A program made the translations under genes and the position numbers. The notes under the pieces were generated by a model, which saw only the letters and a list, made by a program, of their open reading frames with translations, made no database searches and was not told the DNA's origin. Below, one piece after another: positions 1 through 12,317 of a stretch of 64,000 bases of DNA. How positions within the stretch are numbered: position 1 is the stretch's first letter; every line of letters begins with the position of its first letter. The stretch spans positions 10,724,818-10,788,817 of the forward strand of contig OZ037772.1 of assembly GCA_964035545.1 (NCBI GenBank), written 5' to 3'. The DNA is from Bugula neritina. Lineage: Eukaryota; Animalia; Bryozoa.

Positions 1-366
1 GCATATATTTCTTAAAAACCTAACAAGATGCATATGCTATTAGAAGGCATGGCGGCACATTAAATTCGAATTATTTGTTGGTCTACATAAAGTGAAAAAA
101 GCAAAAATTAGTAACTATATTATAGTTTTAGAAACACACTGCAGGTGTTTAATCAGCTTTCTTCCATACCACAGCCAATTGTAGCATTCATTCCAGCTAA
201 TATAGCCAAAACATCATACAAACTGCCAATAGAGAACATTTAGAGTATTAATTCTGTAAAAAGATTTTCTTGATATTATAGTAAACTTCATATATAATTT
301 ATTTAAAATGTTGTTCACAATAATTTAATTGTTTCTCAACATTATCTAAACTCTAGATTATCCAAC

Positions 367-1598
367 ATGTCTGTGTTTCCACAACGTAAGTATGCAACAT
401 TATGTAAAACTTGCAAACCATGTGGTAATATTTGAAACAGGCAGTTTAAAACATGTAGAGGCAACTTCTTAGAAATTTGGTTCAAGTATAAAGTGCATGG
501 TAATAAGTTTCTTAAATATACTATTTTGAAGTAATTGACCATATATTTGAAATAGACAGTGTAAAACATGTAGAGGCAACTTCTTATAATGATTTCATTC
601 ACATATAGATAGTCAATCTTTCTTAATATCTTTTTTCAGTTGTTGACCAACAAAAGATTCTTCAAACATCTAATCACTACCAACAGGAAACATCTAATCA
701 CTATGCTGACTGGGAGACTTTTTATGATAGTTTAGACTCTACAGAACAGTATAAACATCCAGTAAACTCAGACACTTCTACTTCTACTCTCACTGCAAAC
801 ACTCAACCTTTTCTTAAGATGCCACCTGCTGTATCTGACACTTACCTACCAAATGGTACCAAGAGGAAACTTTCGGATTGCTGGGAGAACACGATTCCAA
901 ATCAAAATTATTCTCCTGTAAACTCAGTCACTCCGTTCAAAAAATTTTATTCAATTTATCAAAGTGCTGATGACACAAAAGCTGCAGCTCACGACAAATA
1001 TCTACCAGAAAATCACACTAGAAAGAACCAGTGCGAGAGTACCAACACATTTGGGGACATATTTGATCAGAAACAAGATGTAGTGAGTCCAGCAAAAACA
1101 AGCTGCAAGAAGAAAAAATCTGTTAACAAAACTTCTGAGGATGGATCTACAAAACAGGTTAGACTTACTAAACATGGAAAGTGGCAGACGAAGATGAAAG
1201 ATTTTCAATGTCTTCTTTGTAGTTACAAATCGGAAGATAAAAGTAGTCTAACCAGGCATATGAGAGTACACACAAAAGAGAAGCCATTTGTCTGCCAAGT
1301 CTGTGGTAAAGCTTTTGCTCATCGAAGCAATCTCACAGTGCACATGCGAAGACATACTGGAGAAAAACCTTTTCAGTGTGATCAATGTGACTATAAGGCT
1401 GTACATCAAGGTAATCTCAAAGCACACATGAGAATACACACTGGAGAGAAACCTTTCCAGTGTAAACTATGTGACTATAAGGCTGTTCAGAAAACACATC
1501 TTGTTCATCATATGAAAAAACACAAAAATGAAACTTGGTTTGCCGGTGAAGTTAAAAAATGTGTATTTACAAAGACAAGTTATACAGTGAATTTCTAA
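367..1598 (+). CDS. U1: C2H2 zinc-finger protein, 4 fingers, two coding exons (no intron 2)
   Basis: Exon 367-385 (ATG TCT GTG TTT CCA CAA C|gtaagt), then ttttttcag|640-1598, in frame with ORF 819..1598. Contains [12 protein letters not shown], four C2H2 fingers and TGEKPF linkers. Confidence 0.85.
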
Positions 1599-1644
1599 TT
1601 CCAAACATCAGGAGAACCTCTATGCTGCTATCTCTAAGTTAGAC

Positions 1645-1734
1645 GCATCACATTTGAGACTCGCATCACATTTGAGACTCGCATTACATTTGAGACTCGC
1701 ATCACATTTGAGACTCGCATCACATTTGAGACTC
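1645..1734. repeat. 18-bp tandem repeat x5 (gcatcacatttgagactc)
   Basis: Five consecutive copies, one with a c>t change, in the U1 3' flank. Paralogous flanks carry one copy (e.g. ~8490). Confidence 0.95.
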
Positions 1735-2440
1735 GACAAGAAACAGCATCTGTCTGCAGATGCTTTGTGGAACTGCATTAGAACATACAGCTTAAACATA
1801 TTATTTGTAAAACTGTTAAATAGATCATAAAATTATGAGAATCAGATAATTGGCCTAAATGCAGTTATAGACACAATATAATCATCTATGTATAATATTC
1901 AGTTAAACAAGAAATATACTGCTTGTACCCTAACTTATTCATCATCATATCTATATCTTATTGCATGCAACGCCAGGTTTTAACCTTCAACTTTAAAGTC
2001 TGTATGGTGTCTTAGCAAAATAATTATGTACAAATCTGCAATATCCATTGGTTCGAATTATGCTCTTTTTACCAGTTTGAAGCGTTATTTACCTATATTT
2101 ATAGTGAGTCATAAACTTAAATCATTATTGTTTTAGTTGATTACATTTCCTAGTCATTATTGATATATTATTTTGATAGTTTCAATTCTGATATTGTCTC
2201 CAATTAAAACATCTTCATGCCAGAGTAACCTCTATGTTGCAACATTTTTAACTCATATACCAGTTTTTTAATTCTAATTAAAAAAAATCTTTGTGCATTA
2301 ATATTTATTTCACCAAGTAATACATACGTCTTATATATATTCAATTAATAATGCAAACAATGAATTTACACCATATGACACTAGTATCCTGACTATACAT
2401 GAACGATCATTGCTTTAGAGTTGGGTTTCTATAATTACAA

Positions 2441-2520
2441 CAGCTTTAAATTGCAAGGTAGCTAAATGAATAGCAATAAAATGCTTTAGTAAACAGCTAA
2501 CCTGTGATATTGTCAATGAA
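2441..2520 (+). promoter_or_regulatory. Conserved upstream block (candidate promoter or 5' processing element), repeated ~200 bp before the ATG of most units
   Basis: cagctttaaa(c/t)tgcaa(a/g)g(c/t)agcta...tagc...gctttagt(a/g)aacagctaacct.tgatattgtcaatgaa at ~2441, 5685, 9905, 13757, 17526, 21652, 25685, 29222, 33650, 43186, 47067, 50742 and 54578. Function is inferred from position and conservation only. Confidence 0.4.
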
Positions 2521-2647
2521 AGATTTAAAACATATTTTATCTTGTTAACTCTACATCTTAATTTTATAGTCAATATTTAACTTTGAATTTTAATTGCAAG
2601 ATTTTATTTCATCTGCTTCTCAGCTGTATTAAGCTAGGTCATCCAAC

Positions 2648-4492
2648 ATGTCTGTGTGTCCACCTTGTAAGTATACAACATTATAAAAAACTTGCAAGCT
2701 AATTGTCAATATTTGAAACAAACATCGTAAAACATGTAGAGACAATGTGTTAGTAATTTGGTTTAAGTATAAATCTGTAATAAGTTTCTTTATCTATCAT
2801 GTTACAGTTGCTGACCAACAGAAGATTCTTCAAGCATCTAATCACTACCAACAGGAAACATATCAATATGCTGACTGGGAGACTTTTTATGATAGTTTAG
2901 ACTCTACAGAACAATATAAACATCCAGTAAACTCAGACACTTCTACTTCTACTCTCTCTGTAGACACTCAACCTGTTCTTAAGATGTCACTTGCTGTATC
3001 TGACACTTACCTACCAAATGGTACAGTCAGGGAACATTCGGATTGCTGGGAGAATGTAACTACAAATCTAAGCCCCTCCATCGTAAACTTAGTTACTTCA
3101 ACTTCCACAGTCAGCACAGAAGCTACAGTGTATGACAACTATCTACATCGAGACCAACCTGATGTTCCTCTCTCTGAAGTTATCTCTGAGGCTTTTGCAG
3201 TTTTAGGGCTGAATATTTCATCAGATGTCAACTCAAGTGGTGAGTATTATATTTATTAAAATATATTTAGAACAATCTCTTTCTTTCAAAACTATAATGT
3301 TGGTGTGACATTATAATCAACTTCACTCTTTTAGATGTTTGAATTACTTTTGGTATAAATACAGAGTATAGGTATCATTCTTTATGACATTGAAAATTTT
3401 GATTTGATGAATTCAACAAATTAGTTTGATTTACAATTCTCATTTTGATATACAAACAAATTTATTACGAGGTGCAATATTTGAAATACATTTATTGTCC
3501 TAAATAACTGAACTAATGTCTTTACATTACAACAATGAATTACCTAAAGTGCAATTTACAAACTAATTAGTAAATTATAGATGTTATAATTTTCTTCATG
3601 TTTTATAGAGAAAATTCAAACAGAAGTTGATAGAAGAGATGCTACTGATAACTTAGTAGATGCATTGTGTAAAGGAGCACATGGATACAACACAAACAGA
3701 ATTACAGAAACTCACACTATTACAAGTCAGAGTGTAACTGCCAACATATTTAGAGATGTATTTGATCAAGAAGAAAATGTAGTGAGTCCAGTAAAATCAT
3801 ATTGCAAAAAGAGGGAACTTGTTGATAACACTTGTGAATATGAATCTCTAAGGCAGGTTAGACTTGCTAAGCATAGAAAGTGGCAGATGACCAAGAAGAA
3901 AGATTTTCAATGTTTTCTATGTAATTACAAAACGGAACGTAAAAGTAGTCTTGTCCAGCATATGAGAACACACACAAAAGAAAAGCCATTTGTTTGTAAA
4001 TTCTGCGATCACGCTTTTACTCAGCAAAATAGTGTCACAGCACACATGAGGACACACACTGGAGAGAAACCTTTTCAGTGTGATCAATGTGACTACAGGT
4101 CAGTGCGGCAGAGTAATCTCATAGCACACATGGGGACACACTCTGGAGAGAAACCTTTTCGATGTAATCAGTGTGACTACAAGTCAGTGCGGCAGAGTAA
4201 CCTTATAGCACACATGAAGACACATGCTAAAGAGAAACCATTTGTGTGCGGTGTATGTGACTATAGGACTAGATTTAAGAGTAATCTTAATCATCACCTG
4301 ATGACACACACTAGAGAAAAACCTTTTCAGTGCCCAAAGTGCGACTACAAATCAATACTGCAAAAAGCTCTCACAGTGCACATGAGGAAACACACAAGAG
4401 AGAAACCATTTCACTGTAAACTCTGTAACTACAAGGCTGCTCAGAAAGGAAGTCTTGTTCATCACACGAAAAAACACAACAAAGAAACTTGA
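2648..4492 (+). CDS. U2: C2H2 zinc-finger protein, 7 fingers
   Basis: Exons 2648-2666, 2808-3239 and 3609-4492, with GT-AG phase-1 introns. Exon 3 is the alternative 'EKIQTEVD' type. Confidence 0.85.
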
Positions 4493-5862
4493 CTTGCTGT
4501 ATGGGATATATGCATAAAAACATGCCTTTACAGAAGCATATCATTTTACAGTAGGTAGATTTTACATCTGTGATGGTAGAAAAACTTCTTCACTGCTATC
4601 TTTGAGTTTGACACATATTATAGTATTTCACACTCTACAGGTGTATAACAATTACATAGAAGCTTCGTAGTGTTCTTTTCAGAAGTTTGTATTGCTGATA
4701 TTAGCTGTGAAACTGCCTAAAGGAAGTTGCTAAAACCAAACTTTATTCTAGACAATATTATAGTGATCTACAAAATTAAGTTGAGATAATCTTTGTAAAC
4801 TAACCTATCCATGAATTTATAAAAATATATATTTATAACTTTTGACGATCTTTGCTTTTAGCCATTGAAAAAGTCTTCAGTGTCATAACAAATTAGGTGT
4901 ACAGATGACTGATTAGAATTCTGTTATTTTTTACCAAAATTGGGTGATTAGTTTGAAAATTTCATTTTATATGATGTTAATTTTTATTTAAATTGGAAAG
5001 ATATATAGCTTTAGTTGATTAAGTTATAACTGCAACATTTCTGTTATAAATTTCACCTGGTGGGAGCAGATTTTTTAAGTAAATTATAGTGCTCATTCAA
5101 CCAGAAAATGTTATATCAGTTTTATTGCTTGTAATTTAAGTACTTTTGTTATAAAACTAAATAAATATTATTTTAAATAACTCGTACATAAACAGCATGG
5201 CCTATTTTATATCAGCTTGTTTCAATAAGAGCCCCAAGTATACAATCAATATATGAAAGTAGGTTATTCTAGATAAATAAAATTATTTTCATGAATATAG
5301 CAAGATACAATTATATATGACTCTTAGCGCTGAAAATAAACTACAACGCAAGTTTATATGCATAAAAACAGCTAATTTCGAGTTATCTTTTTTTTTATTA
5401 TAATTAGGCAGTAAAAGATGAAAATTCAAGAAGATGACCTTTTTGCTTAATCATGTTGTCAATTTGAATAATTTAATATTGATGTCATCATTAGAATTTG
5501 TTTGCATTGAATATTGCTTTCTGTTGCTGATTTGTTTTTGTATCTGCATGCATTAATAATAATTATATCAATTGTTCCATAAGCTAACTTTGATAAACAT
5601 AATATATATAATAAAATGTTCTACTGCAGTCAATGGGAAAAGTCTTGGCTTGATTTTAGTTAGATATTCATACTATTGTTCAATCAGCTTTAAACTGCAA
5701 AGCAGCTGACTGAATAGCAAAATGCTTTAGTAAACAGCTAACCTGTGATATTTTCAATGAAGTATTTAGAGCCTATTTTATCTTGTAAACTATATATCCT
5801 AATGTCATAGTCGATATTTAATTCTTTTAACATCATTTACAATAATTTATATCATTGCTACA

Positions 5863-7910
5863 ATGTCTGTGTACCACCATGAATGTAAGTATATCATTCT
5901 GTAATACTTGCATACTATATATATATGTCAAAATTTGTAACAGACAGTGTAAAGCATGTAGAGACAACTTCTTAGTAAGTTTACTTATGTATGTAAGTCT
6001 CTTTGTTATCATGTTACAGTTGTTGACCAACAGAAGATTCTTCAAAGATCTAATCACTACCAACAGGAAACATATCACTATGCTGACTGGGAGACTTTTT
6101 ATGATAGTTTAGACTCTACAGAACAATATAACTATTCAGTAAACTCAGATACTTCTACTTCTACTCTCACTGCAAACACTCAACCTTTTCTTAAGATGTC
6201 ACCTGCTGTATCTGATACTTACCTACCAAGTAGTACTACAAGGAAACTTTCGGATTGCTGGGAGAGCCTTAGTCTGAATCAAAATTCATTTCCTGTAAAC
6301 TCAGTCGCTCTATTCCAAACAATTGATTCAAATTATCAAAACTCTGATAACACAGCTACAGTATATGACAACTGTGTAAAAGAAAAACCTGATGTTCCTT
6401 TGTCTGAAGTTATCTCTGAGGCTTTTACAGTTTTAGGACTGAATACTACATCAGACTTCAATTTAACCGGTGAGTCTTTATGAATAGTTGTAAACTTATT
6501 TTATTGATGACATTCAAAATAAATCTTCTAAAAAAAGTGCTTCTTAAGAAGATAGCATTACCATGAGTTTGATTAAGTAATTGACATGTAATTACAAAGT
6601 AATTGTAAAAATCAATTACATTAGATGTGTAATTAATTACAATTACAACTACAATCACATTTGTATACATCAGTTACAAATTTCATTCAATTACTTGACA
6701 AATTGTAAATAATTACAACCAATTAAAATTACAAAGTACAATTACTCCAACCCTGATATGTACTCTCTATATATTATAAGTATAATTATACCATATACTA
6801 ACATGCACAAATTCAACAGTATTGGTAGCATATAGAAACTCATGCAAGTTTGCGTTTAAAAGTAATATATTTTTGTAAAAATCGTAATGCCTAACTAAAA
6901 TGTACTCCTACAGCCACTTGGATATACTTGCAACACTAACTCAGATAAAATGTTTTCCTATTTCAAGAATATGTCTACATAACCGTGCTATACAAGGAGC
7001 CCTATATTAGCCAACAGAATTGCAGTAAAATTATCATCTACTTATATAGTGTATTAAAATCCTATAACGTAATGCGACATACTATAGTTTGTGCCACTTT
7101 GATGAGCCAGAAGTGATGTTGAAATGTTGCAGATGCTGTTTTACATTTTGTTTTACAGATAAAACGCGAACGGATTTCAAGACAAGAAACTTTTGTGTCA
7201 GTCTAGTTGATACAATTTTCAAAATGGCAGATGACTATAAGGTGTTTAGCGGGTTATACAAAGATACAGAGCGTAGTGCTTGTGATACACTGGGTACCGA
7301 TAGAGCACCTTGTAGAGATGAACAGGATCAAAAAGATGCTCTAGTGAAAGAAGTGAGAGCAAAATCTGATGGTAAACATAAAAAATTGCAGGCAAAGATA
7401 AAATCCTTTCAATGTTTTTTATGTACTTACAAGACTCAACGCAAAAGTAGTCTTACTCGGCATGTGAGAGTACACACAAAAGAAAAACCATTTGTCTGTA
7501 AAGTCTGCGATCATGCTTTTACTCATAAATGTAATCTCAAAGCACACATGAGAATACATACTGGAGAAAAACCTTTTCAGTGCAATCAGTGTGACTATAA
7601 GACCAGATTTAAGAATAGTCTTACTCAGCACAAATGGAAACACACTGGGAATAAACCATGTTTCTGCTATGTTTGCAAAAAAACATTTACTCAACAATGT
7701 AACCTGACAACTCACATGAGAATACACACTGGAGAGAAACCATTTCTCTGTACACTATGTGACTACAAGGCAGCGCAGCAAAGTGATCTCACTATACATA
7801 TGAGGAAACACACTGGGGAGAAACCATTCCACTGTAAACTATGTGACTACAAAGCTGCTCGAAAAGGGCATCTTGTTCGCCATTTAAAAAAACACAACAA
7901 AGAAACTTGA
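5863..7910 (+). CDS. U3: C2H2 zinc-finger protein, 6 fingers
   Basis: Exons 5863-5884, 6020-6469 and 7159-7910. Frames match ORFs 6196..6483 and 7089..7910. Confidence 0.85.
6556..6755. mobile_element. One-ended non-autonomous DNA transposon (hAT/MITE-like) remnant in intron 2, co-duplicated with the units
   Basis: GTAATT/AATTAC-rich subterminal repeats ending ...caattactccaaccctg (reverse complement CAGGGTTGG, hAT-like terminus). Copies end near 10920, 14825, 18624, 30292, 34752, 36843, 40856, 44295, 48160, 51745 and 55669. No opposite terminus found. Confidence 0.55.
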
Positions 7911-7928
7911 TTTGCTGCATGGAGATCT

Positions 7929-8379
7929 ATGCATGAAAACATGAATTTGCAGTGCGGAACTACCAATGCATTTGTAAACATATTTGATCAGAAACAAGAT
8001 GTCGTGAGTCCAGCAAAAACGAACTGCAAGGAGCAGGAATTCGTACATAATACTTCTGCAGATAGATCTACAAAACAGGTTAGATTCACTAAACACAGAA
8101 AATGGCAGACCAAGATGAAAAATTTCCGATATCTTCTCTGTAGTAACAAAGCGGAAGGTAAAAGTAGTCTAAATAGGCGTATGAGAGTACACACAAAAGA
8201 GAAGCCATTTGTCTTCAAAATCTGTAGTCACGCTTTTACTCAGCAAGGTAATTTCACAGTGCACACATACGGAAACACACTGAAGGAAAACCATTTCACT
8301 GTATAAACTGTGTGGCTACAAGGCTGCTCAGAGAGTACATCTTGTTTGTTGTGTGAAAAATCCCAACCAAGAAACTTGA
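7929..8379 (+). pseudogene. Decayed 'ghost' ZF module after the U3 stop
   Basis: U1-like linker (IFDQKQDVVSPAK) followed by fingers missing Cys/His ligands and a frameshift. Confidence 0.8.
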
Positions 8380-10110
8380 CTTGCTAGTGAAGTTAAAAAA
8401 TTAGTCATTACAAAGACATGTTATACAGTGAATTTATCTTTCCGAACCCCAGTGCAGGAGAACTAACATACTGCTATCTCTTTGTTAGACACATCACATT
8501 TGAGACTCTACAAGAAACAGCATCTGTCTGCAGAGGCTTTGTAAACATACAACTTGAACATATTAGTAAAACTGTTAAATAAATATAAAATATTATGAGA
8601 ATCAGATTGGCCTAAATGCAGTTATAGATACAATATAATCATCTATGTATAATATCCAGTTTATAGACAAGAAATATATTGCTTGTATCTTAACTTATTC
8701 ATCCTCATATACAACTCTTTTTGCATTCGATGCCAGGTTTTAGGTTTCAACTTTACAGTCTATAAGGTGCCTTATTTAGCAAAATATGTATTTTATATAT
8801 CTGTAATATTTAATGGTTCGAATGGTGCTCCTTTCACCAGTTACAAGCGTTTTTACCTATATATTTTATAGTCAGTCATATATTTGAATCATTATTGTTT
8901 TAGTTAATTACATTTCTTATTTATTATTGATAGATTGTTTTGATAGTTTCAATTCTGATATTGTCTCCAATTAAAACATCTTCATGCCAGAATAACATCT
9001 ATGTTGCAACATTTTAAACTCAAATATCAATTTTTTAGTTCAATTATTTCAAAAAGTAATATACACGTCATATATATTCATGTATAATATTTTATTTCAA
9101 TGAAAACCCTATAATATGCACACAATATTTATATTAGTACATCATATGTCGGGTTTCTTGTTGTATAACAAGTGACAGCATGATATTAGTAATCCAAAAA
9201 CTGAATTTATACCATATGACACTAGTATCCAGACTATACATGAGTGATCACTGCTTTAGAGTTGGGTTTCCATAATTATAACATTGTACATTATTACTTT
9301 TAACCTTATAAGAATTATATAACATTGCCCGAGTATATAAGCAGAAGATTTACTGACTTATCTTTCCTATCTATAAACTTTTTATTCATTGAACAGTGAT
9401 TGATTTTTCTCAGCGCAAGTAGTTCTATAATTCTATTTATAGAAACTTCTAAATTACTGAGTCATGTGGAATACATGTTTTATATAAAAAAACATGGTGT
9501 GATTATGAAACTTAGGCAGCAGCCGTGGTCCAGTGCAGTTAGATGAAAATTAAGACGCTACAAATTATATCTATCTTTTTACTTCATTTAAATATGAAGC
9601 ATATGGAGACTAAATACCATTTTTTTGCAAAGTCAACAATAAATACCTGCATGAAATGCTAAGGACTTTCTATACGGTGAGTGGAATATTTTGTGGATAA
9701 AAATTCTGCCCACTTGAGTTATTTGATAATGCGATCATCACAATTTATTTTCGTTAAGTATTGCTTTCTACGGCCAATATGTTTTTGCTCTGTGCTTATT
9801 ATGATTTTTTGGCCAGCTTTGATATACATATAATGGAATGTTCTATCAGTTATTGGAAGAAACTAGATTGGCTTGATTTTAGTCAGAGATTACCATTGTG
9901 CAATCAGCTTTAAACTGCAAGGCAGCTAACTGTATAGCAAAAGGCTTTAGTAAACAGCTAATCTATGATATTGTCAATGGAGCATTTGAAACATATTTCA
10001 TCTTGTAAACTATCTCTCCTAACTTTATAGTCAATATATTTTATTTATTTTAATTTTATTTACATTATTAATTAATTATTTTTTTCTCAGCAATATCTAG
10101 ATCATCCAAC

Positions 10111-12317
10111 ATGTCTGTGTATCACCATGAATGTAAGTATATCATTCTGTAAAACTTGCAAACTATATGTATGTCAATATTTGCAACCGACAGTGTAAAG
10201 CATGTAGAGACAACCTCTTAGTGAGTTTACTTATGTATGTTATAAGTATCTTTTTTATCATGTTACAGTTGTTGACCAACAGAAGATTATTGAAACATCC
10301 AATCACTACAAACAGGAAACATCTGATCACTTTGCTGACTGGGAGACTTTTTATGATAGTTTAGACTCTGCAGAACAGTATAAACATCCAGTAAACTCAG
10401 ACACTTCTACTTCTACTTTCACTGCAGACACTCAACCTTCTCTTGAGATGCCACCTGCTGTATTTGACACTTATCTACCAAATAGTACTGTCAGGGAAAA
10501 TTATGATTGCTGGGAGAATATAAGTACAAATCAGAATTACTCCACTGTAACCTTAGTTACTTCAACTTCCATAATCAATGCAAGCAATCAAAACTCTGTC
10601 AGCACAGAAGCTACAGTATATAACAACTATCTACATCAAGATGAACCTGATGTTCCTCTGTCTGAAGTTATCTCTGAGGCTTTTGCAGTTTTAGGACTAA
10701 ATATTTCATCAGATGTCAACTCAAGTGGTGAGTTTTTATGAATAGTTGTAAATTCATTTTAGTGACATTCAAAATAAATCTTCTAAAAAAAATTGTTCAT
10801 CAAAGATGAGAAGATACAATCACACTTTCATATATCAGTTACAAATTACATTCAATTACTTGAAAAAATGTAAATAATTAAAAACAAATAAAATTACAAA
10901 TTACAATTACTCCAACCCTGATATGTACTCTCTATAAATACTATCACTTATACTGGTGTACATAACTTCAACAGTATTGGTAGCATATAAGAAACTCGTA
11001 CAAGTTAGCATTTATAAGTAATATATTTTTAAAAGAAAATTAAATGAAATGTACTTTTATAACCACTTGCATATACCTGCGTAACTTGCCTAAATCAAAC
11101 TTTTTCCTATTCCGAGAATATGTCTTCATTATAGCTGTACTATATACAAAGAGTCTTGCATTAGCCAACAGAATTGCAGTAAAATTATCATTTACTAGTT
11201 CATCGAAAGCCTATAACGTAACACAAAATACTATAGGTTGCACTGATAAAATTGATATGAACTAGAAGTGATGCTGAAATGTTACAGATACTGTTTTACG
11301 TTTTGTTTTACAGATCAAACTCAAGCGGATTTAAAGATAAGAAACTTTTGTGTCAGTCTAGTTGATACAATTTTCAAAATGGCAGATGACTCTAAGGTGT
11401 TTAGCAGGTTATACAAAGATACAGAGCATAGTGCTTGTGATACACTGGGTACTGATAGAGCACCTTGTAGAGATGAACAGGATCAAAAAGATCCTCTGGT
11501 GAAAGATGTGAGAGCAAAATCTGATCCTAAACATAAAAAAATGCAGGCAAAGATAAAAGACTTTCAATGTCTTTTATGTGCTTACAAGACTCAACATAAA
11601 AGTAATCTTACCCGGCATGTGAGAGTACACACAAAAGAAAAACCATTTGTCTGTGAAGTCTGTGGTCACGCTTTTACTCAGCAAAGTAATCTCAAAGCAC
11701 ACATGAGAAGACATACAGGAGAAAAACCTTTTCAGTGTGATCACTGTGACTACAAGTCAGCAGAGCAAAGTAACTTCATAAAGCACATGAGAACGCACAC
11801 TGGAGAAAGACCTTTTCAGTGTGATCAATGTGGCTATAAGGCTGTACAGCAAGCTAGTCTTACAGCACACATGAGAAGACACACTGGAGAGAAACCTTTT
11901 CAGTGTGATCAATGTGACTATAAAACCAGAGTTAAGAGTGCTATTATTGTGCACAAAAGAAGACACACTAGATGTAAACCATTTGAGTGTAATGTTTGTA
12001 AAAAGTCTTTCAGTCATAAACTCACTCTACTTTCACACATACGCACTCATACAGGTGAGAAACCATTTGAGTGCAATGTATGTGACTATAAAACTGGAAG
12101 AAAAAGTAATCTTATTCAGCACATGAAAAAACACACCAGAGAAAAACCTTTTTATTGCACACATTGTGAATACAAATCAGCACATAAAAATGATATCAAT
12201 AGTCACATGAGAATACACACTGGAGAGAAACCATTTCACTGTAAACTATGTGACTACAAGGCTACTCAGAAAGTACATCTTGTTTATCATATAAAAAAAC
12301 ACAACAAAGAAACTTGA
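10111..12317 (+). CDS. U4: C2H2 zinc-finger protein, 9 fingers
   Basis: Exons 10111-10132, 10269-10727 and 11314-12317. Confidence 0.87.

Noticed and set aside
1645-1734. Possible CRISPR array
   Set aside because: Contiguous repeats with no spacers, eukaryotic context, no cas genes.
2105-2111. TGAGTCA AP-1-like sites in spacers (also ~9458, 17245, 20648)
   Set aside because: 7-mer present in only some spacer classes. Recurrence is explained by duplication.
7908-7910. UGA reassignment or selenocysteine
   Set aside because: No in-frame TGA inside conserved coding regions, no recognisable SECIS, and the downstream fingers are degenerate.
11044-11313. ORFs MKCTFITTC... and N-terminal extensions such as [15 protein letters not shown] or MKIRLHSC
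   Set aside because: They lie in intron 2 upstream of a strong conserved ttttgttttacag acceptor, and their frames are not conserved among units.
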